The notes under the pieces: generated by a model | What the model was told of the DNA's origin: nothing | The model's database searches: none | Seen by the model: only the letters and a program-made list of their open reading frames with translations | NCBI GenBank assembly: GCA_024137785.1 | Contig: JAHRHZ010000145.1 | Location: 3,080,517 to 3,144,516, forward strand | From: Ginglymostoma cirratum | Lineage: Eukaryota | Reading direction: 5' to 3' | DNA length: 64,000 nucleotides | Program-made: the position numbers and the translations under genes | Shown here: in pieces, positions 37,313 to 49,344 of the stretch | How the letters are laid out: each line of letters opens with the position of its first letter | Position numbering within the stretch: position 1 is the stretch's first letter

Positions 37313-40300
37313 GTATGCTCTGTGTGGCCTAGATGATTACGTATGCAGAATGTGTCTCCGCCAGCAAAAACTTGAGCTCCATACTTTGGAACTTAAACCA
37401 CACCTTGTCATTGTGGTGCATCCACGAAGCTGAGAACTTTGTGGTCAGCATATTTAACAAAATGGTCACAGTGAGTCAAAACAAGTAAGTTAGAGAGGGT
37501 ATGGGTGACCGCTAGCCAGTCAAGAAAGACCAGGCAGATAATGCAAGAGCCCTCTAAGTCGATTTCACTCACTAACCGGTTTGTCATTTTGGCTGGGATA
37601 CTGGTGAGGATGACAGTTCATAAGAAGAATGTAATGACATCCAAGTTTATAGCACCACGAGTGGCTCAACTGCACAGTGAAGAGGGGAAGAAGAGTGAAA
37701 AGTGAAAGCCAATAGTGGTAAGTGATTCAGAAGTCAGGGAACAGGCAGGTGTTTCCGTAGCTGTAGACATAATTCTAGATGGTATGTTACCTCCTCAGTG
37801 ACAGGGTCAAGGACATCCTAGAATGTCTGCAGAAGATTCATTGATGGAATGAGAAGAGCCAGAGGCTGTGATCCACATTAGCAACAATGGCACAAGTAGA
37901 AAGAGGGATAAAAGTCTGAAAGTAGCATTCAGGGAACTAGACAAGAGACTAGTATTTAGATGTGCACTTGCAATGCCAAGGCATACAAATGTATGGGCCA
38001 AGTGCTGGAAAATGGGATTAGAATAGTTAGGTGGTTGTTTACGAGTGACACAGACTCAATGGGCCAAAGGGCTCTTTCTTGGCTCTAGACATCTATGATG
38101 GAAAATCAGGGTCTCTGAGGTAGTAATCCCAGAATTGCTCCCAGCACTATGTTGGGGAGTATAAACAGGAAGTAATAGGAAGATTGAGTGAATGTTCGCT
38201 TGGCTGGAAAATGGTGCGGGGAGAAGTGTTTTAGATTCTGGAATATAGAGACTGGTTCTGCGGCAGGTAGGATCTGTACAAGAAGGACAAATTACATATT
38301 AGCAAGAATGTTAGTACTATTGTGAAGGGTATAAACTAGCTTGTTAAGGTGATGGGAACCACTGAGGCAATACAGCTAGTATAAAAACAAGATTGATTAT
38401 GCAAAGTAGAAAAGTTGCAAATTAAAACAGAAATCAGCAAAAACAAAGCTTGCAATCAACCAATTCATATCGCAGAGTAGTGCTAAAAAGACAGAATTAA
38501 AAGCTTTCTACATGAATGCATGCAGCATTTGGTAGGTAAATTGATGATGCTTGTGGAAACAGAAGGGCAGGACAGAGTTGCCATTACGGAGACATGACTG
38601 CAGGGTAACCAAGAGGAGGAACTGATTATTAAAAGATATTTCACATTGAGGTGAAATAGGCAAAAACGAAAAGGAAGTGGGGTAGTGCTGGTAAAAGGGA
38701 ATTGGATCAGTGTTTTCGTGAGAAAGGTACCCTGATCAGATGAATAGGATGTATAATCTATTTGGGTGGTGCTAAGAAACAGCAATCAACAGAAAAAAAT
38801 GGTAGGAGTGGATAGTAATAGTAATAGTAAAGTGGGACAAGGTATAAAGCAGGAAATCTAAGTTTTATGTAACAAGGGGGAATGCATTAACCAAAAATGC
38901 AAATTACATATGAACTAGGTAAACATAATGAGAACAAATGCAGTATAGGAAAAAATCCTCAATGTGCTCGAGACAGTTGACTGAAATTTTATGTTGAGGA
39001 ACAAACAGCAGCACAGGTTATTTTAGACCTAGTATGAGAAATGGCTAATAAAAACCTTTAGGGAAGAGTGATCGTAGCACGATAAAATTTTCTATAAAGT
39101 TTGAAAAAGATGTATTCAATCTAAAATAGGTGTCCTAAATCTAAAAAAGGGCAATTATGAAAGTGTGAAGTGGAAGTTACTTTTGGTGGATTGCAAAAAT
39201 ATATTAAAACATTTGATGGTGGTTAGGCAATAGTATTTAAATAATTCACGCTTAATTTTCAATAAACATATGTTCTTTTAATGCAAAAATATCCAACAGG
39301 AAAAGTCAGAGCTCCATGGGTAACAAGGTAAGTTAAATACAGTATGAGGTCAAAAGCTTTACAAAGTTGTCAAAAAAAATTGTAAGCTTGAGGATTGGGA
39401 AAATTTTAGATTCAGTAAAGGACAACCAAGAAAGTGACGAAGGAAAATAAAATAGAATATGAATGTAAAATAGCATTAAACATAAAAGTGGATTGTCAAG
39501 GCAATTATTGGTACATAAAACGGAAAAGACTAAGAGAGAAAAATGTGGGTCCATACAGGCAGAAATAAGATAACTTTTAATAAGAAATAGAGAAATGGCA
39601 GAAAAAGCCAAGTAAGTATCTATCTATCTTCTCACAGGATGATGCAAGAAGTCTCCCTCAAAAAATTTAAGATCCGAGGGAGTGTGAACTGAGTATTAGT
39701 AAAAATGCAGTAGTGAAGAAGTTAATGGGACTGAAAGTTGACAAATCCAGGGTACTGACAGACATGCCAACAGAGATAGAGGATACATTGGTGATCATCT
39801 TTCAAATTTCCATTGCACAGTTCCGTTAATTCTGCAATGGTATCTGCAGATTGGAAGATTGTAAATCTAACCCCATCAACCAATGGGGTGGGGGGGAGGG
39901 GCAGAATGAGAAAGCAAGGAACTACTGACCTGTTAACCTAACCTCAATAGTAGAGAAAATACTAGAATCTACTATAAATGACATCATTATTGGATATTCA
40001 GGGAACAAATGACCAGTTGGACAGAGTAACATGGATTTATGAAGGAGAGGTCGTGTTTGAGAAAACTGATTTGTTCGAGAACCTTACTAGGAGAGTCAAC
40101 AAGGGGCATCCAATGAAGGTGGTATATTCGGACTTTAACAAGGCTTTTGATAAAATTCTATACACGTTGTTAGTAATCAAAATGAAAGTGATGGGACTGG
40201 GGCTAAAACAGTGATGGGTAATCAGGATTTATTAACAGAGAATAGATTAAATGGATCATTTTCAGTTTGGCAGGATAAACCAATGTGTTACTTCAAAGAT

Positions 40301-41235
40301 CAGTGCATGAGCCCCACCTGTTCGCTATCTATATAAATGATTTGGATGTGGAGACCAGTCATAATATTTAAAGTTTGCAGATGATCGAAAACTTGATAGG
40401 AATGTGGGCTCTGAACATGATATAAAGAGAGTGCAACAGCATGGTAGGTGGAATGTAATGTGGATAAGTGTAAAGTTTTCTACTTTGGTAGGAGGAACCA
40501 ATGTGGAAAGTATTTCTTAAATGGTGAGAGATTGTAAAGTGGTGATGTCTAAAGGGACACTGTGTCCTTGTTCGTTAGTCATTAAAAGCTACTATGCACA
40601 CAGGGTGAGCAATTTGGAAGCCAAACAGTATATTAGCAAGAAAATTGGAGTAGAGGAGAAGTCTTGTTTGAATTGGAGAGGTTCACTAGTGGATTCACAC
40701 CTAAAATATTAGATGCAGTTCTGAGCCTTTGGTCTAAAGAAGGCTATACTTGTCATAGAAGGAGTTCAGTGGACGCTAACCAGACTGATTCCCAAGATGG
40801 TGGGACTGCCCAATCAGAAAGATTGAGGATTCTGACCCTGTATTCTCTGATCTTTAGAAGAAGGCACAATTCCACGGAAACTCAAAATTCTTAAACGATG
40901 GACAGAATAGATGCAGGACTGATATTTTCTCTTGCTGTTTGATTGAGAATGAAGTGCCACAGACTTAGAAAAAAAGGCAAGCCATTTAGGACTGAGATGA
41001 GGAGCTTCTTTATTTAGGCAGTGAATCTTTGGAATTCTCTAATTCAAGGGATTATGGATACTCAGCCATTAAATAAGGTCAAGACAGAGACTGATAGATT
41101 TCTACCTATGCATTCTACCTAAGTGATATGGGCATGGTGCAATAATATGTTGATGAGGTAGATGATCAACTAGTATCTAGAATGGCAGAACAAGCTTTAC
41201 AGGCTGATTGACCTACTTCAGCTCTTGTATTTCCA
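37313..41235 (+). mobile_element. Near full-length decayed CR1 LINE (ORF1 zinc finger plus esterase; ORF2 APE plus RT) inserted in the Penelope element
   Basis: DDYVCRMC (ORF1 zinc finger), VVSDS..VKD..VIHI (SGNH esterase), YMNACSI..AITET (APE), YSDFNKAFDK and KFADD (RT), plus 3' UTR. An internal CR1 tail is inserted at ~37950-38100. Confidence 0.85.
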
Positions 41236-41590
41236 CGTAGGTTGCACAGCCCAAAGAATGGAGAATTGTATCAAAAAGCATAGCCTTTAGACAGCCTTTG
41301 CACAGGCAAGCTACTGACAAAACCCAATCAGCCTGTGTTTACAAAGTTCAAGTTGAAGTTATTAGATCTTACTCTGTGATTGGTCAACATTTGCTAAACA
41401 ATCCAGAGTGTATTAATAGATATACTACTAACCATTTTACATTTATGCTACATAAATTAATATAGATGGTCTTGTTTTTTCACAAACAATAAGAGCACAT
41501 ACACATATTGTACTTGTTTTAAATTAACTAAACAGATGACAGCCAATTTCTGGTTCACTCCTTAGGGCAATGCCTTCACCAGAGTCAATC
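41236..41590 (+). mobile_element. Penelope-like element part 2 (rest of GIY-YIG)
   Basis: VGCTAQRMENCIKKH and IGQHLLNNPEC resume the endonuclease domain after the CR1 insertion. Confidence 0.7.
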
Positions 41591-41600
41591 TCTGAATAAG

Positions 41601-41727
41601 AGATAAAAGGTACTGCAGATGCTGGAGAATCCGAGATAACAAGCATGGGGCTGGATGAACACAGCAGGTCAAGCAGCATCATAGGAGCAGGAAAACTTGA
41701 CGTTTCGGGCCTAAACCCTTCATCAGA
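41601..41727 (-). mobile_element. Short Penelope-derived element with intact hammerhead core
   Basis: Minus strand reads CTGATGA-AGGGTTTAGGCCC-GAAA-CGTC. Perfect 14-bp TSD AATCTCTGAATAAG at 41587-41600 and 41728-41741. Confidence 0.85.
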
Positions 41728-41741
41728 AATCTCTGAATAAG

Positions 41742-43585
41742 TCTAGATGTTGGGGTTGCCTGCCCGGTGCCAGGCTTTGGGACATCTGGTCAGTGCAGAA
41801 CAAGAACCTGCAGTGGAATAGGGAGAATCTAATAACCATGGTCCATGTAGATACGAATGGCATAGGCAGGACAAAGCAGGAGGCTCTATATCGTAAGCAT
41901 GAGGAGCAAGGAGCCAAACCAAGAAGCAGAACCGAAAAGATCATAACCTCTAGATTTTAGCTCAGCCACGTTTAAATTGGCACAAGTCAAAACAGTTGTG
42001 ACTGATCTGGGAGAAGTGGCATTGGCACCGTTACCCGGAAAAGTGGCATCTAGACTGATTGGACGGTTTCCATTTGAACTTGCAAGCTGCATAACTAGGG
42101 GAGTAAAGAGGATTATACGATTATAAACTGAAGAGCAAGGGAAAGGAATCAAATTTGGGAAGAGGTGGTAAATTGAAGAGTAGAAAGATATTAATATAGG
42201 AAATGATAAAAAGACTGTAACAGGAAGAGATAGACAGTACAAATCTAAAAGTCAACCAACAGACAAGAAAAGAATTAAGAAAAATAATAAATGATGAAAG
42301 TAAAGACTCTGCATCTGAATGCACAGAGCATTCAATACTAAACAAATGAACTGAAAGTGCAATTAGAAATAAATATAATCCAATAGCAATTACAGAAACA
42401 TGGTTGTAATCACATGGATTGGGGGCTGAACCTTGAAGGGCACAGTCATAAAAGTACAATAAAGAGGGACGACCAAAGCTCAGGAAAGCAGAATGTAAAA
42501 CTGGCTGGATAGAGATGAGAAATGATAAAGACAAGAACTCACTTGTGGCAGTGGTATACAGGGCCCCTAACAGTACTCAAACAGTAGGGTGGAACATAAA
42601 GAAACAACAGGAGCTTGACAGAATAATAAGATAATAATAATGGGATATATTAATGGATTATAAAAAAAAAATCAGGTGGGCAAATATAGTCTCAATGAGA
42701 AGCTCATAAAATATTTTTGGGATAGTTTCTATCCCTCCAGAAAATCATGGCCTGAAGCTGACCAGAGCTCAGGCTATACTGGACTTGGTACTGTGTAATG
42801 AGATAGGATTGATTAATAATCTCATAGATATAGTGCACCAAGGTAGCAGCAGTTATAATATTACTGAATTTTACTTACAGTTGGAGCGAAGGAGGACTAT
42901 GTCTGAGATTATCTTCTAGAATTTAAATTAAGGGCAATTCCAAGGGATATGCAAACAGAGTGAATTGACAAATTAAAGGAAAGGTTATTAGAGATGCAGT
43001 GGTAGCTCTTTAAAGGGATATTTCTGAATACACAGAATAGATAAGTTCCAAAGGATGGACTGATCAGCCATTGTTAACTAAAACATGAAAGGGAATAACT
43101 TAAAGAAAAAGTATATAATTTCGCAAATATGGGTGGCGGGTCAAAACACTGGACAGAATACAAAAAAAGCAAATAATGACATGAATCAAATAAGCGGGGA
43201 ATTTAAAAGATTAAGAGATGATTTGATTGAAACATATCTTAAGGCGTCTCGGCAGGTTTGATGTAAAGAGGATGTTTCCTCTTTTGGGGGAAATCAAGAG
43301 CAAGGCATCGTTGTTGACCAGAGATCATTCATTTAAAACAGAGAGAGGAAAGTTTTTTTTTCCTCTCAGAGAGTTGAGAGTCTTTGGAATTCTCTTCCTG
43401 AAAAAGGAACATTTTTAAGTCAGAGATGGGTAAATTCTTGCTGAACAAGTAGGTGAAAGGTTTTTGGGGTAGATAGAAATGAGGATTTGAGGTTACAATC
43501 AGTTCAACCATGATCTTATTAAATGGCAGAGCAGGCTCAAGGGATCTAATGGCCTACTCTTGCCCCATCTTTTTATGTTTGAATG
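41742..43585 (+). mobile_element. Internally deleted CR1 LINE (ORF1 esterase, APE, 3' end)
   Basis: CLPGAR..D..MVHVDTN (esterase), LHLNAQS..IAITETWL and VVYRAP (APE), then a jump to the 3' end at ~43200. Confidence 0.8.
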
Positions 43586-43589
43586 TAAC

Positions 43590-43790
43590 CATCCTGGCTT
43601 AAATTTAAATATACCTTGGCAGTTAATGGTTAGTCATCATCTAACTGGTGCATTCTCCAATGGCAAGAGTTCTACCAAACAGAAGCTAATTGATAACCAA
43701 TCACCACTCTGTTCTCATATCATATAAAATGTCTTTTAAGAGGAAAGGTTTTGACAAATTATGTCTTTAAACAAATTATTTACACTGCAT
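43590..43790 (+). mobile_element. Penelope-like element part 3 (3' UTR)
   Basis: Reverse-complement match to 35400-35525 (TTTAAA..TTGGCAGT..AGTCAT..TAACTGG..AACCAATCA). Confidence 0.6.
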
Positions 43791-43881
43791 GGTTAACAAA
43801 TGACCTTGATTTATGCAGTGCCATACATGAACTCAAAAAGTCCAATAACAATTAGATAGTTACAGTTTTAATATAGCAAAT

Positions 43882-44178
43882 TAGAATCCCTACAGTGTGG
43901 GAACAGGCCCTTTGGCCCAACAAGTCCACACTGACCCTTGGAGCATCCCACCCAGGCCCATCCCCCTATAACCCACACACCCCTAAACACGATGGGCAAT
44001 TTAGCATGGCCAATCCACCTAGCCTGTACATCTTTTGATGGTGGGATGAAACTGGAGCACCTGGAGGAAACACATGCAATGTGCAAACTCCGCACAGACA
44101 GTCACCTGAGGCTGGAATCGAACCTGGGTCCCTAGCGCTGTGAGACTGCAGTGCTAACCACTGAGCCACCGTGCTGCC
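43882..44178 (-). mobile_element. Full-length HE1/V-SINE-type SINE
   Basis: Minus strand reads GGCAGCACGGTGGCTCAGTGGTTAGCACTGCAGTCTCACAGCGCTAGGGACCCAGGTTCGATTCC, then a V-domain and CR1-type tail. Confidence 0.9.
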
Positions 44179-44399
44179 TGAATTGTTGTAATTTGCTCAC
44201 AAACAAAAATATGCTGCTGACAGGATGTTAGGCTGAAGATTTGTGTGTGCTAGTTTTTGAAGCAGGATAATTACACTGTGTCCAATCAGAATGAAGTGGA
44301 CAAAATGTAATCTTTAGATTGGCTGCTCCTCACTATGTTTGTGGCATGCAGCCTAGAGCTAAAATTGCTGCTGACTGGTTGCACACTTAACAAGGCCCA

Positions 44400-44870
44400 A
44401 AGTACGTGTGAGGAGAACTAGCGTTTTGAACTTTTTAAAGCTAGTCTTCACATCTTAAAAGGTAAGTGCATTCTAGCTGCACAAAGTGGTAGAACGAACT
44501 CCAGAAATATTTCTGAGAAGGAAAAAAGAAGACCAACAGAACAGGAGCTGATCCTTACCATTGCTGCAAAACTCTCAACCATAATGCTCCTCCCACACAA
44601 AACCAGCTACCACGGTACACTTAAACAAACTGAGTGTACTAACTGACACTCTTCCCTCTCTCAGGACAAGGTGGCACATTAAAGTAAGAGATGGTGGAAG
44701 GTGGGAAGGACGACATGCAATGTCTGCATTTTGAGAGACCTTTGGAAGACAGAAGTATGTAAATTATTAGTCTGACCATGACTGAGAATATTGTAAATTA
44801 GTGCCATTGCAAAAATCCAGGAGGAAGATATGTTTCTGTCCTATGTGCTTTCTTTATTTGCCACTTCACC
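44400..44870 (+). mobile_element. Possible Harbinger Myb/SANT-like gene remnant
   Basis: Acceptor-like cttccctctctcag|GACAAGGTGGCACAT gives DKVAH..R..K.G, resembling 54724-54584. Very degraded. Confidence 0.3.
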
Positions 44871-45304
44871 CTCATCACAGAATCTGACATTAAATACAAA
44901 ACTGTAGAATTGACCACAGAGCTACTGTTTTCCGCCCAAACTTACCCAACACCCTACTTCTGCATGTATGATTTCAGATATCCACAAACTGCCATCGTCT
45001 AGGTGATACAGCCTGAGGTGAGGGGTGCAAGTAAGTCTGATGAGATACATAAACACGTGCAGCCAGCAACTATTATACTGGCACTGCATGTAGTTTAGAG
45101 GATGGTAAGGTGATAAAATCACCACATGATGAGTAATGGGCATAAGTGGGCTGCAACAGAGCCAGGGTAAAATGAAATCAAATGTGTCAGGCCCCCAGAG
45201 GATGAGGCTGCCTGTGAGTTCTGCTGCAGAAGACTCTGATGAGTACCTGCATGAGTGCCAGTCCATTAACACTCAAGAATCTAGACACTATCCAGGACAC
45301 AGAT

Positions 45305-45650
45305 GGGGTCACGGTGGCTCAGTGGTTAGCACTGTAGGCTCACAGCTCCCGTGACACGGGTTCGATTCCAGCCTTGGGTGACTGTCTGTGTAGAGTCTGC
45401 ACATTCTCCCTGTGTATGTGTGCATTTCTGCCAGGTGTTCTGGTTTCCTCCCTGTCCAAAGATGCGCCGGTTACGTGGATTGGCCATGCTAAATTGGCTG
45501 TAGTGTCTAGAGATATGCAGATTAAGTGGGTTAGCCATGGTAAATGTGGGGTTACAGAGATAGTGGGGGGGAGCTGGGTCTGGGTGGGATGGTCAAGTAC
45601 AAACTTGATGGACCCAATGGCGTCTTTCCGCACTATAGAGATTCTATGAT
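45305..45650 (+). mobile_element. Full-length HE1/V-SINE-type SINE
   Basis: GGGGTCACGGTGGCTCAGTGGTTAGCACTG..GGGTTCGATTCC..TGTCTGTGTAGAGTCTGCACATTCTCCC..GATTCTATGAT. Confidence 0.9.
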
Positions 45651-45654
45651 AAGG

Positions 45655-46048
45655 TCACCTGTTTGATTGGCACTTGGTACGCCACCTTGAATATTCACAG
45701 CCTCTATTACTGCCGCAGTGGAAGCAGTGTGTGCCATCTCCAACAGGCAAGACAACAACAGACTGAGTATCGCCCAATAGCACCTTACTATAACCAGGAC
45801 CTCTACGACTTAAAAAAAAGCAACAGATGCACAGTAACACCACCAACTGCAAATCACAAACAATCCTGACTTGGAACTATACTGTTGTTACTTCACTGTG
45901 GTTAGGGCAAAAACCTGGAATTTCTGTACTGTCTGCAAGCTGCAATGATTCAAGTAGACAGTTCACCACTCTATTCTCAAAGTCAATTTGAAATGGGTAA
46001 CAAATGCTGGCCTTACCAGAGATGTTCGCATCCTGTGCACAAGTAATA
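45655..46048 (+). mobile_element. LINE 3' end whose terminus matches family-C SINE tails
   Basis: Ends ATGGGTAACAAATGCTGGCCTTACCAGAGATGTTCGCATCC, versus SINE tail ATGGGTAGTAAGTGCTGGACTGGCCAGTGATGCCCACATCC. Confidence 0.65.
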
Positions 46049-46959
46049 ATGCCAAAAATTTGATGAGGTTGCTAAACAATATCAATTAAACCAATATTTA
46101 CTTAAAGTTTATGAGTGCATTAAATAGTTATGCATCAACCTATCATTTCAGATGTACACTCTGAATGAATTGTGCAGACAGTGCAAAATTCTGTAAGGTC
46201 ATTAGAATCTCACAGAAATCACCAATGTTTCTAATAGACAAGGTAAAGTATTATAAAATGAAGTGACGAATCACCTTAGGCCTTTCTAACTTCAATGCCT
46301 CCCTGCATTATGATTTGATGGAACAGTGTATGTAATGATAGTAGTACGTACATGGCAAATTATCAGAAGATGGAAGATGAAGAATATTAGCAGATAGTGT
46401 TCTAGTGAGAAGACATATACTGATAATAACCTGTTTTCTCAGATAAATGAATTACAAGTTTAAACACATTATAGTAATGAAACTGTACTTGTGGCAGAAT
46501 ACTATCAATAGGTATTTACTGAGTATAATGTGGACTTCCATTGGGACCTAATCAACAGTAATACATAATCATTGTTAGAGAAAAGCATAGAAACCCTGCT
46601 ACCCATATACAGGGTAGAATCTTGTGCTTCTCCCAGGATTAGGAAGAAAGCCAGGTGGAGGAAATTAATTAGATGGGAGGACAAAATTCAGCAGGACAAT
46701 TTTTGCAGTTAAGTCTTCTGAATTTTAACAGTGAGTGAGCTTCCCAATGGCAAGAAATCAGGAAGTCCTTTAGCATCTCATAAATGTTCAAAGGGGAGCC
46801 CATCAGAATTAACTGCCCCTTCTCAATTAAGTTCTCCACAATCAAGACATATACGTATTCAGATAACTGACTGCAGACAAGTGATGGACACCTAGTGAGG
46901 TAGACTTCTTCCTGGGTTTCAGAGTAAGTAGTTGCTACTTTGCCCATCTAATGATACAT

Positions 46960-49340
46960 TTTAACAATTAATATTTTTGATTCCTTTCTGGTGATGGTAT
47001 TCCAATCTGAGGAAAGATTTCACAACAGTGGGAAGGTCACCAGGGAAGGATGGACCGTACAAAGGAGGGAGTGTATCAGGCAAGGATGGAATGAAGGCTG
47101 CACAAGGGAGGAAGGGAGGGTTTCTGGCATGGGTGGGAGATTGTTTGGGAAAGGAGATCAGAGGAAGGTAGAAAGGTATACAGGACATGCATGTGTTTGT
47201 TGTGTTATGGGGTAGTGAAGGGAATGTCTTGGCTTCAGTATAAAGGTCTTCATTAGTTCAATCATGGGGGTATAATTAAAAGTATAATTAAAGCGCATTG
47301 TCAAAAAGAAAGGGTTGATGGAGGTTGGGTGTTGGATATAATAGTTTGGTAGTTGAAGGTTATCAATAGGTTTTGAACTGTTACACAAGGGGAGTTATGG
47401 AAAATCAGGATGAAAGTGGTCTTGAGTACAGAACGGTCAGGACCTGAATGGGATGGGCACATTGACAGGTCTCTGGGATAGGGGTGGATGGTGTTGATAG
47501 AGTAACAAGGTCAATTCGTTCAAGGTGGAATCAATGGCCATGAGGGAGAAGTTCAAGGGTATCGCATTAGAGGAATTACAAGTCAGTCTAATCTCAAGTG
47601 GTAGGGAAAACACTGGAAGCAATTCTGAGGGACAGAATTAATCTGCACTTGGAGAGGCAGGGATTAATCAAGAATAGGCAGCATGGTTTTGTCTGGGAAG
47701 GTCATACCTGACTAATTTAATTGAATTGTTCGAACAGGTAACCAGGTATGAAGGTGAGGGCAATACATTTGACGTAGTCTACTTAGGATACTTACACAAC
47801 TGGCCAAGAGCCAGGAAACAGAGGTGGTGTTTCCTCAGAGGTGGTGATTGAGGGGTCTGCATGTGACCAGAAGCCTGTGTCCAGTGAGGTACGCTGATAT
47901 CAGTACTGGGGCCCTTGCTATTTGTGGTATAAAGGATTTAAACTTGAATGTTTGCAGATGATTCGAAAATTGGTGAGAATGCGAACAGTGAGGATAGCTT
48001 TAGATTACAGAAGGTTACTCAGGCTGGTCAGATGGGCTGATTAGTGGCAATTTAATTCAATCCAGATAAATGTGAAGTGATACATTTCCGCAGAACAAAA
48101 AAGGCAAGGAAATAGATGGTAGGACCCTGGAAAACACAATGGATCAGAGGGACTTTGGTATACGCATCCACAGGTCCCTTATGGTAATAGGACAAGTAGA
48201 TAAAGTGGTTCAGAAGGCATATGGAATGCTTGTCTTTATTAGCCAAGGCATAGAGTTTAAGGGCAGCGAAGTGATCCTGGAACTGTATAAAATGGTGGTC
48301 AGGCCACAGCTAGAGTACTGAATGCAGTTCTAGAATCCACGTTGTAGGAGGAATGTGAATGCACTGGACAGGGTGCAGAGGAAATTTACCAGGATGTTTT
48401 CTGGGCTGGAGAGTTTTAGTAATGAAGAGAGATTGGATAGCCTGGGATTGTTTCCCTTGGAGCACAGGAGATTGAGGGGGTTATGACTGAGATACAGAGA
48501 ATTATGTGGGGGGCACAGACAGGGTAGACAGGAAGAAATGATTCACCAGGGAGCATGGATTTGTGGTAAAGACATGAGGTTTACAGGACACAATTTTCCA
48601 CCCAGACAGTGATGGGAATCTGGAACTCAATGACTGCAAGGGTGATAAAGGCAGAAACCCTCAGAACATTTAGGAAGTATTTAGACGTACACCTGCAATG
48701 CTAGGGCATACATGGCTATGGGCCAAGTGCTGGAAAATAGGATTAGAATAATTAGGTGGTTGTTTTTAACTGGTGTAGATTTGATGGGATGAAGGGCCTT
48801 TTTCTGTGTTGCTGCATGAATGAAGGATAATGGGGGGAAATTGGTAAGTGACAAGGGCAGGGTCAAAAGTATTGGAGTGAAATGCATGCGCAAATTGCAC
48901 CATTTCTAAAGCACATAACTTTCATCACAGACACTGACAAAAGATAACACCCAAATTAGGAAGATGTTCTTTTCTGTTGGGTAGAGGTAATGCTTTGAAC
49001 TTTTGGCAGAATAAAGGGACATCCCATTAATCGTGTGCATATGGAACCATGCTCAAGTGAATTCTCACCTCCACGCTCCAATGCCCAAGCAATCAGCATT
49101 TCTCTAAGGCAGGAGTTGTAATCCAATGAGATCCCATCAAAGTTTGGAATGACATCATATTGTGAGCTGATTAGTAACTCAGGATGTCTGAAGTATGGAT
49201 AAAGGCCTTGGAGGAAGAGATACAGCTGAAAGTTTGAAAGATCTAGATGGTATAAGGAAGCAATCTCTAGGACTAGATTCCTGGCTAGATGTTTGATAGA
49301 GATGTGGGGGTAAGTGGCAGGATGTTTATGGCAGAGCAAG
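46960..49340 (-). mobile_element. Old L2-like LINE fragment split by the CR1 at 47620-48810
   Basis: Purine-rich plus strand on both sides of the CR1. Protein motifs are poorly preserved. Confidence 0.35.
47620..48810 (+). mobile_element. CR1 LINE RT to 3' end
   Basis: QHGFV, FDVVYL, FADD, FNPDKCEVIHF, KAYGMLVFI..LYKMVVRPQLEY, plus 3' UTR. Confidence 0.9.
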
Positions 49341-49344
49341 GTAG

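Noticed and set aside
43882-45650. tRNA genes at the A/B-box sequences
   Set aside because: The tRNA-like heads continue into V-domain bodies and LINE-type tails, so these are SINEs.
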